The notes under the pieces were generated by a model. The model was not told the origin of the DNA. It made no database searches and saw nothing but the letters and a program-made list of their open reading frames with translations. From assembly GCA_012295275.1 (NCBI GenBank), contig CM022670.1, forward strand, positions 38,192,001-38,256,000: a DNA stretch of 64,000 bases. Direction: 5' to 3'. Source of the DNA: Chrysomallon squamiferum. Lineage: Eukaryota > Animalia > Mollusca. A program made the position numbers and the translations under genes. This document shows, in pieces, positions 55,418-64,000 of the stretch (within the stretch, counting starts at the first letter, position 1; the number at the start of each line of letters is the position of its first letter).

Positions 55418-56169
55418 CACCATATATATATATGTATATACACACACACCATATATATATATTTGATATAAATAGACAGAAAGCAAGAGATAGATATATA
55501 GATAGACATACATAGATAAACAGATTCAGACAGACAGACAGACAGACAGATCTAGATATAGAAATGCACGAGCCTATATTTATACAAAAATTTTAAATAC
55601 TGAATTTACCTTTAATTTGAAGTTCCTGTATTTCACTGTGTATTTCTATAACTGGCAGTGTCTATGTTTATCAGACAAGACACTTATAGTCATCATGAAC
55701 TTCTAACCCACACTGTCACTGCCTCCATTAAAGACTTTACATGCACAATTACAGCCTCAGACACAGCAATAAAACAGCACAAATATTCAGAAGATAATTT
55801 AAAAGGTATATTTTTATTTATACCCCGAGGTACTTTTACTGGTAATTAAAAACATGTGTGACGTTGAAAATTAAGTAGTGTTTTTTTTTTTTTATGTGAT
55901 TGATGAAAATGTTTTTAAAATTTAACGTTAAAAGCATTTGAAAGCTTTTGGATATATATATATATATATATAAAACAATCTTTATATAATGATTTTTTAT
56001 TTTTTTGTAACTGTCAGAATTTATAATAAATAATTTGTTTCTGAGACAAAATTGTAAATTTAACATATATCTCTCATATTGATATTACACTGAGATATTT
56101 ACTTCAATTTGTTGGGTTTTTTTTTTAACAATAACAACAAAAATTCTTATTCTACAGTGTCACACCTTT

Positions 56170-56471
56170 TAATGTATGTATACATGTGTATGTATGAATG
56201 TGTAAGTGAGAGAGTGAGTGTGTATGTGTGTTTTTATGTCTGTATATATGTGTGTTAGTGTGTGGGTGTATTTATGAATGTGTAAGAGGGAGAGAGATTG
56301 TGTCTGTATGAATGTGTGCATGTGTACGTGTCTGTGTATGTGTGTATATGTATGTATGTGTGTATTTTATGTATGTGTTTATGTGTATGTGTGTGTATGT
56401 ATGTGTGTATGTATGTGTGTATGTGTGTATGTGTATGTATGTATGTGTGTATGTGTGTAAGTGTATCTGTA

Positions 56472-56502
<31 letters not shown>

Positions 56503-56660
56503 ATGTGTGTATGTGTGTATATGTATGTGCATGTGTATGTGTGTATGTGTATGTGTGTATGTGTATGTAAGTGTATGTGTTTATGTGTATGTGTGTGTAT
56601 GTGTGTGTGTGTTTGTGTTTGTGTGCATGTGTGTATGTATGTACGTATGTATGTGTGTGC
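56170..56660. repeat. (TG/TATG)n degenerate microsatellite
   Basis: Seen directly. Confidence 0.95.
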
Positions 56661-56819
56661 TGACATTGTAATCACAAAATTTCCTACAACTCAAACATCC
56701 TCAACACGATCAGCTTCGATTCTTTCCTCATCTTATTAATCCGCAGATTGCCGCCTGTTTACAGATCACAACAATCGACATCAACGAACAATATAACAAA
56801 ACCAATAACACCGACTTAC

Positions 56820-56960
56820 TTAACTAATGGATTGTATTTTCTAACAGCCAAAACCTCGGCGATCGCAACGGCAGTGAATCGCCGATCACGCACGACAAAC
56901 ACATAGCTGTGCTAACCATGTCCAGCTGAATGTCACATTCATTCGTCATTAAGATCTTAA
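56820..56960 (-). promoter_or_regulatory. Candidate distal non-coding first exon / promoter island
   Basis: Donor TTAA|GTAAGT (ACTTAC 56814-56819) inside one of the most CpG-dense patches of the window (CTCGGCGATCGCAACGGCAGTGAATCGCCGATCACGCACGAC). Confidence 0.4.
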
Positions 56961-57809
56961 CACGCTGGAGTCATAACAGCTTGATTCATGGAGGTTTTTG
57001 TTATTTATTCTTGTTTGGTATTAATTAACACCAAGCCAGAATATCTGAACCATTTGATGGTTCTGAGATTGTTGTGCTTCGGAATCGTAATGAGAAGATC
57101 TGCAGCAGTTTAGCTGTTATTTTGTACCAATTTGCGCAATATAAACAAGATCAGTGATAAGTAAGAGTTGATATTCTTTTTATGGTAACTGGTATTGATC
57201 AGCACTGAGCCAAAAAAATTCTGATCCATTTAGATGTCTAAAATAATAATAAAGTGGAATTATAACATTATTTTTTAACGATAACATTTTTTATAAAATT
57301 AAAAACATTATAAATATTCTAATTCTTGGTATCATCTAACACTAATGCAGATTCATGAACATATTTTTGAGACTGACTTTTCATTTTGGTAAAATTATTT
57401 CATATTTAGTATTATACAGCTGACACCATCTAATCTAGATCTCAGTAACATCAAGTGTTGTATGTGATAATAAACACTAGAATCGTCAACAGTGCTTTAT
57501 AAAATCTATTTAACATTTTCATTCTAATGAATCTGGATTCTGTTTTTCCATCTGTTGGTGTGATTGAATCTCAGACACAGTGCGAGAGAGAAAACGTGAA
57601 TTACAAGGAGAACATTAACAGTGCGAAATCTCTCTCTGCTCCCTGCAGAATACGAGAAGACCAACACATCCATCAATACAGCGACATCACTGCAAATGAA
57701 AAGTGCTTTCAGTCGCACACTTTATTGTCGGTATAACCCAAGGAAAGCCGTGGTAATGTTTAAAATAAAGCAGACAAACACAAATAAACACCAGAACAAA
57801 TTAGATTAC

Positions 57810-57905
57810 CAGAAACCACCAGAGCGTGGATTCTTGTATACAGGACATGGAACAGTGATTGGAATGGGAAAAAAAATCTCATCAGGAGGATTGATGTCCG
57901 AGATG
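57810..57905 (-). mobile_element. Decayed SINE fragment (same family)
   Basis: ATACAGGACATGGAACAGTGATTGGAATGGGAAAAAAAATCTCATCAGGAGGATTGAT resembles the reverse complement of the head-to-core junction (TTCCCATTCCA..CA.TG.TCCATG). Confidence 0.4.
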
Positions 57906-58435
57906 AGAGTTGTGGTCATTAGCTTTAGTGTAATATTTCCAGTTAAAATATTTCTTATTACTCCTGTTTTGATGAAGAAATGATAAATCATTTACTGCCC
58001 TTTCACGTTTTATATCAGAGCACTGCCGTTACCTTTTAAGTCTGATAAAATAATATTTTACTTACGTAAGCAAATAATAGATTTTTTTTCCCCTTGATCA
58101 TCAGACAAGAACTGAACTGAGAGCCATTTGCATGTCATGTGAGGCCAGTATCACTGTAGTACAGCCTAATGAACTAATCTCCACTTAAAACAAATATTTG
58201 CTTAAAGTTTCACATACAAGGACAAAAGCAGGATTACTTTAAATCTGACGTGAGAGGCACATCACTGCATTACAGCTTACTAATAAAACAAATAATTCAT
58301 CTTTCTTGTACTGATCTAGCATCCCTTCATTTGTAATATGTAATATGAAGAGTCTGCAACCAGAGCAAGGTTTTCTCCAATGAACAAAAGAAGATTAACA
58401 CATCTGTCATTAGACTTCACATTTAGATGAGAGAG

Positions 58436-58787
58436 GAATATTACTGTGTTACTGAATATTACTATGCTGTAGAATATTACTGTGCTGTAGAATATTGCTA
58501 TGCTGTAGAATATTACTGTTGTAGAATATTACTATGCTGTAGAATATTACTGTGCTGCAGAATGTTACTATGCTGTAGAATATTACTGTGTTGTAGAATA
58601 TTACTATGCTGTAGAATATGACTGTGTTGTAGAATATTACTATGCTGTAAAATATTATTGTAGAATATTACTGTGCAGTAGAATGTTACTATGCTGTAGA
58701 ATATTACTGTGTTGTAGAATATCACTATATTGTAGAATATTACTGTTGTGGAATATGACTGTGTTGTAGAATATCACTGTGTTGTAG
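58436..58787. repeat. 18-bp minisatellite, ~20 copies
   Basis: GTAGAATATTACT(A/G)TG(C/T)T repeated; gives the CCRILL and LQHSNI ORFs. Confidence 0.96.
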
Positions 58788-58924
58788 ACACAATAAATAA
58801 AATGAAACACTTTACTTAGACCTTGTCACTAGATGTTTTCATAGAGTTTCTTTTGAAATCAGTTAAAGCACACCTAACAAGTGCAAACAGTAAACAACTG
58901 ATTAAAGACTTCAATGTAGAACAT

Positions 58925-59385
58925 AGGCAGTGAAATGAAGGTTAAGGCTAGCTTGTTATGGGCACACAATAAAATGACTGAAGACTTTGGTACAATTCAG
59001 GGATGGGGTTAAGGCCAGGCTGTGCAGTCTACTAGATAATTCATTAAAAGACAGTGAAATCAGTGTTAAAGCTCACTGTCTTAGAGACACATGAAATGCA
59101 AAATATTTCAGTATATTTCTGTATAAGACAACAAGAAAAATCTGAGTAAACTAGCCCATTGGGTACACACTGTGAACATTTATGATATGTTAGTACAAGA
59201 CAGTGAAATCAAAGTCATGGTCAGAGCACACAGATGAAATAACTGGATATTTCAGTATAAAACAAACTAGTGAAATCAAATTAAGGCCAGCCTATCATGG
59301 ACTCAAACTGGGATATGTTTAGTACTAAAAAAAAAAAAACAGTGTAATACAAGTTAAGGCCAGTTTGACATGGGCATGCTGACTG
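58925..59385. repeat. Old degenerate tandem repeat (~65-75 bp unit)
   Basis: CAGTGAAATCAA.GTTAAGGCCAG..TG.CATGGGCAC...GGATATTTCAGTA motifs recur about 6 times. Confidence 0.65.
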
Positions 59386-59559
59386 CAGACAGACATCAAT
59401 ACAAGACAGACAGAGCTAAAGACTGCTCTGAATTAGCCACATCGGTGAAACAATCGAAGCAGCTTAGTCTCGTATTACTTTCAATTGCTTTTATAAGCGT
59501 GTGACCAGATTAGTTAGGATTTTTTTTTTTTTTTTTTTTTTACTGCAGATTGATGCTGT

Positions 59560-60140
59560 TAACTGCAGGACGTCTTCCACCGAATTACAGTGACAATCCA
59601 CTCCTGGATATTAGTGTGACTGAAATGAGATGAATTACAGGCGGATGACGAGAGCCCAACTTTGCACTGACCTCCGTTTCAACCCGTGCTCCGAGTCTGA
59701 CGGTGGGTATAAATAACACGACAAAAAACCCTGTCCCATGGTGGACATAGCCTCGGGATCAGAAGGGTTTTATTTTTTTTGTTGTTTTTTTTGTTTTTTT
59801 TTAACCTCGGTCTCTATTCTACAAAAGCAAACAAGGAAAATAAAGTACTTCTGTACTTGTACGGTGCTTGTTTTGTTTGCTCGTCTAATCGGGAGCAACA
59901 AGCATGTGACGATTTGATACACACATGGGAAGAGTTCCGGTTGTTGGTGACATATCAGATCAGTTCAAGTGGGTGATGCTGTTGTCCGTGTGTACTCGTC
60001 GCTGCTGCAGGAACAGCACGTGCAGGCTCCAGGCCGGTGGTCAGTGTAATCCCCCCCTTTGTTTGCGTGTTTACTGACACGCTTAAATAGAGGCTGAAGT
60101 TTGAAAAGCAACCAGCGCGATACCTCGGCAGGTTTATAAG
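59560..60140. promoter_or_regulatory. Largest CpG/GC-enriched island; probable promoter or enhancer
   Basis: Many CpGs; TATAAATA at ~59708 (+); E-box CACGTG at ~60017; no coding signal. Confidence 0.45.
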
Positions 60141-60498
60141 TGTATTATTACACGATAAAGAAGACATAAGTAGCCAATACAAATATTAATCTTTTTTTCC
60201 AGTGTATTTAAAGTGTTTTTAAATCTACTTCGTTGAGAATTTAGATGTAGGAGTGTTTTTAATTTGTTCATCAGATTCAAGCAGGTCAAGGTTATTTTTC
60301 CCATTTTTTTCCAGTTCATGGTATTGTTTACAATAGTATGTATACAGAATGACAATCACCGACTGTTTAACAAGCATCTTCCATATATTTCATATTAAAG
60401 TTTTTAGTTTTCATACATTTTTTATTTTTTATTTTTTTATAGAAGACGATTTGAGACCATCATAATTTTAATGTTACTATCATGACGTGTGTGTGTAA

Positions 60499-60549
<51 letters not shown>

Positions 60550-61636
60550 GCATGTAAAAAGTTATGTTAATGAATCCAAGCCTGATTTAAAACAAAAGCT
60601 GACACAGACAGAAACCAGGACACACAGACTCTTGGATTCTTAGTTCTATATATCACATTTCATCACAGAACTGCAAATCTGTTAGTGATAAATGTTTTCA
60701 ATCTTTTTTTTTTCTTCTTCTTCTTTTTTTTTCATATATATTTGTAAGAACAGAGATATTTGACATAACTATCTGATTACAAAGACGGATTTCAACATCA
60801 ATACAAACTGCAACTCATTACTTTCAAAGAGCTGGATATAAAATTTTAATGTCTAAATTCCAGACAGAACAAATGAAAAAAAAAAAAAAAAAAAATGTTT
60901 GTTATTTAATTATGTAAATGTGCGGGAAAAAAAAAAAAGGATAACATTATTAAAATTCAGAAGGAAATAAAAACAAAAGAAAGAACAAAAAAACATTAAA
61001 AAAAAAAAATCAAACCAAAAGAAAATTCTCAAAATACGCCCTTTGAATGAATGAAAAAGATTGAATTTTTTTTTTTTTTAAACGTGAAAAATGAAAGAAA
61101 GAAAATCAACAAATATGGATTTAATTAAATGGAAAGAATACACAAAAAAAAGATTATTATTATTATTATTTTTTTTTTGCTCTAGCTTTCTTTAGGATAA
61201 TAACATACAAAACACTCTCTGAAGTACTAAAACTGAACCATCTCTCCATTTTTCTCGTTCTAACTCTGCTCCTGTCTTTTTCTCTAGAGTAGAGCAGAGA
61301 AGAGACATTTGTACTTTTGCACTAAGGAGACGATTCTAATACCTGAGATTACTAGAAACGTTCCAATAGGCTGATTGAAATTCAGCCAGGTGAAATAATT
61401 TTGATTATTTTACTGTTATCCTTTTATACCTGATAAACTAACAGCTTAATTAAATTTGAAGATTTTAGTCCTTGTCTAGATGCAAACTCTCCATTTGTTT
61501 CTTCTCAAACTTTATTGTTTTTTTGTTTTCTAAATTTGTATTTATTTTATTTGTTTGTTTCTTTGATTGTTTGTTTGTTTAAAGATTTATTTAATAATTT
61601 TTATTTTTTTATTTTATTTATTTATTTGTTTGTTTT

Positions 61637-61671
<35 letters not shown>

Positions 61672-62660
61672 TTTTATTTGTTTTTTTATTTATTTATTTA
61701 TTTTATTTAATTTAATTAATTTGAATTTTCGTGTATATTTTTATTTTATTTATTATTTTTATTTATTTAATTATTTTTAAAGTTTAAACTGCTGTCATAT
61801 TTTACAAAAATAGTAAAAACATAAAACTATTTAATTTATATTTTGTCTTTCTTAATTATTTATCTAGTTTCTGAATATTGCAAAATTCCTCGTTTTCTGA
61901 GTAACAATGTACAACGTGTGTTTAATGATGAAAAATACAACTGATATGATACCACATAAAGAGGATCAAAATGCACCAAAATGGGGTAAAAATTCTCGGA
62001 AAATGGGTTAACACACACTAACAATGATTCATATTGACACTACTGATAATAACAAAAATACCATGATATTTATTTTTTTTCCACCAATAAAATAATCTAG
62101 AAAATAATTCCAGCTTTTTATCAAACGGAGTCATTTTTACAACTGAGCAAACTTTCGTTTCAGGTTTCACTGAACATCAAAATCAACAGTTTTAAACCTA
62201 CGAATAAAATAAAATCAAAATAATTAAACGCGAACCGAAACGATGACAGTTTACAACGTCTGAACACTGAGCTCTGAACAAACAGAATGCGTGGAATGAT
62301 AAATGGACAAACACGCAGCTAAATGGATACCACAGATGATGGATGAATGGATGGAACGCACAAGACAGGGAAAGGTTTACCGTGTTCCAATAACTGCTGC
62401 TGGTACTGACTGAAATGTGACACAGAATGGACAGTGGTTTACAACAGGCAGGATGAAACGATTGAGACAAAAAAAAAAAAAGTCAATATTATCATAGAGT
62501 CCCCTCTCATTGCCTCCAGCACCCCCACGATTTATCATCATTTGACATTCAATAGCTGAAGTCTTGTTTCTGATTTTTTTTTTTTTTTTTTTTTTTTTAT
62601 TGTTGTGTTTGTTTGTTGTGGTTAAACATTCTTTTTATGTGTAGGATGAGTTATTCATCA

Positions 62661-62837
62661 ATCCAGACTTCTACTTATTCATTTTTTCTTTCTACATTTC
62701 TAACAATCTCTTTCATTCATCCTTTGATCCAGACTTCTAATTATTCATTATTTCTTTCTACATTTCTAACAATCTTTTTTATTCATCCTTTTATCCAGAC
62801 TTCTATTTATTCATTATTTCCTTCTACAGTTCTAACA
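62661..62837. repeat. 66-bp tandem repeat, ~2.7 copies
   Basis: ATCCAGACTTCTA.TTATTCATT.TTTCTTTCTACATTTCTAACAATCT.TTT.ATTCATCCTTT. Confidence 0.9.
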
Positions 62838-63489
62838 GTGTCTGCTAGAACCACTGACATTTCTAGAATGAATAAAAAGTTGGTTAATGATACCTCAATG
62901 TTGTACTTTTTCTGCTCGATGTTCTGAAACGTTAATGTGTTTGCTGGTTCACTTGATTATTTGTTTATTAATTTATACAGTCCTTTCTAAGATAGCTCTA
63001 TTTTATTATTTTATTATTAATAATGAATATTACGTATAAGTACAAACATACACACACACATACATACAAACACATTCATACGCATATATTAAAAACGTGT
63101 TTGTAAGTATGTATATATATATATGTGTATGTGTGTCTATATATATATTTATTTAAAAACACAAATATACATACAATCACACATACATACATACATACAT
63201 ACACATATACATTCATACATACCTATCTAAATACATATATAAATAATATAGCACACACATATGCACATTTGTATATATATATATATATATATATACATTC
63301 ATGCCTATGAATATACACATATATATTTACATACATACATATATGCATATATACATACATAAACATACACACAGACACATTTATCTGAGAGAATAAATAC
63401 ACTGTCACTCTTATATTGTTTACACATACCAACAACATCAAGAATTCTTTTTTTTTTTTTTTTTTAACATACACATTCCGAAAATTAAT

Positions 63490-63777
63490 ACACTTCGCTA
63501 AACCAATCACTGGTAACTGTGGTTGGAATGGGCAAACGGGTCAGTTCGTGGCACCGACGAGCACCGACCCCTTTGACCTTTGAGCTGCTAACTCTCACCC
63601 AGCATCTTCTTGCAGTGTAATTACGACTGCAACGTAACCTGTTTTCTTTTGTTTCTGGTAAAACACGGCTGTGCAGGCTGCGGCCAAGCTTGTGATTGCG
63701 AGATTTGAAGTCATTTGGAACACAGCAGGTAGAAATGAAAGTGGAGACAGCGAGCTGACATAATTCTCGAGACTCTC

Positions 63778-63780
<3 letters not shown>
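63490..63780. promoter_or_regulatory. GC-rich cis-regulatory island with a CCAAT box and a nuclear-receptor DR1
   Basis: CCAATCA at ~63503; TGACCT-T-TGAGCT at 63574-63586; doubled GCACCGAC at 63551 and 63561. Confidence 0.4.
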
Positions 63781-63811
<31 letters not shown>

Positions 63812-64000
63812 CGTTGTGAACATGCAGAGAATCAACGTGGCAGAAATCCAGTCTCCTATAATTAGCGTTCAGACGTTTTTGTTGCAATATGAATGTTGTT
63901 GTTGTTGTTGTTATGTTGATGTTGTTTAGTCTGGTATGATTATTATCAGATATTTGTTTATATAAGATGTCATTAGATATGTTTTTTTTTTTTTTTTTTT

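Noticed and set aside
57524-57991. Overlapping 61-120 aa ORFs
   Set aside because: No homology recognised; partly overlaps a decayed SINE fragment.
58061-58070. Palindrome CTTACGTAAG (PAR-bZIP D-box and donor-like site)
   Set aside because: Single short AT-rich motif with no surrounding island; expected by chance.
60010-60045. tRNA T-arm-like GCAGGCTCCAGGCC
   Set aside because: No GTTC B box, D arm or acceptor stem.

Overview
Very AT-rich, microsatellite-dense animal genomic DNA. It is probably a mollusc or other lophotrochozoan, an inference from the SINE family and the gene. The only protein-coding sequence I can support is the first coding exon (minus strand, 2939-2829) of a myristoylated neuronal calcium sensor of the NCS-2/neurocalcin type (MGNNNSGQKLLKEDIDFLVQNTNFCKSEIKQWYKGFM|gtaggt). 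Its remaining exons must lie left of the window. The ATG is preceded by splice acceptors, so the 5' UTR is spliced, and the other ~61 kb is most simply read as this gene's 5' intron and upstream regulatory domain. That region holds several CpG-richer islands that each end in a minus-strand splice donor (candidate alternative non-coding first exons), a candidate recursive splice site, and about ten decayed copies of a tRNA-derived SINE with a Meta/MESC-like core. One SINE copy has its core tandemly amplified, and two form a ~90%-identical inverted pair. There is also a TA-flanked Tc1/mariner-type MITE, more than 15 unrelated local tandem repeats (18-310 bp units) and many microsatellites. Nearly all ORFs in the supplied track are simple-repeat artefacts. 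I found no rRNA, tRNA, CRISPR or convincing miRNA, and no clearly new biological system; the findings are hypotheses about regulation and splicing of this gene.
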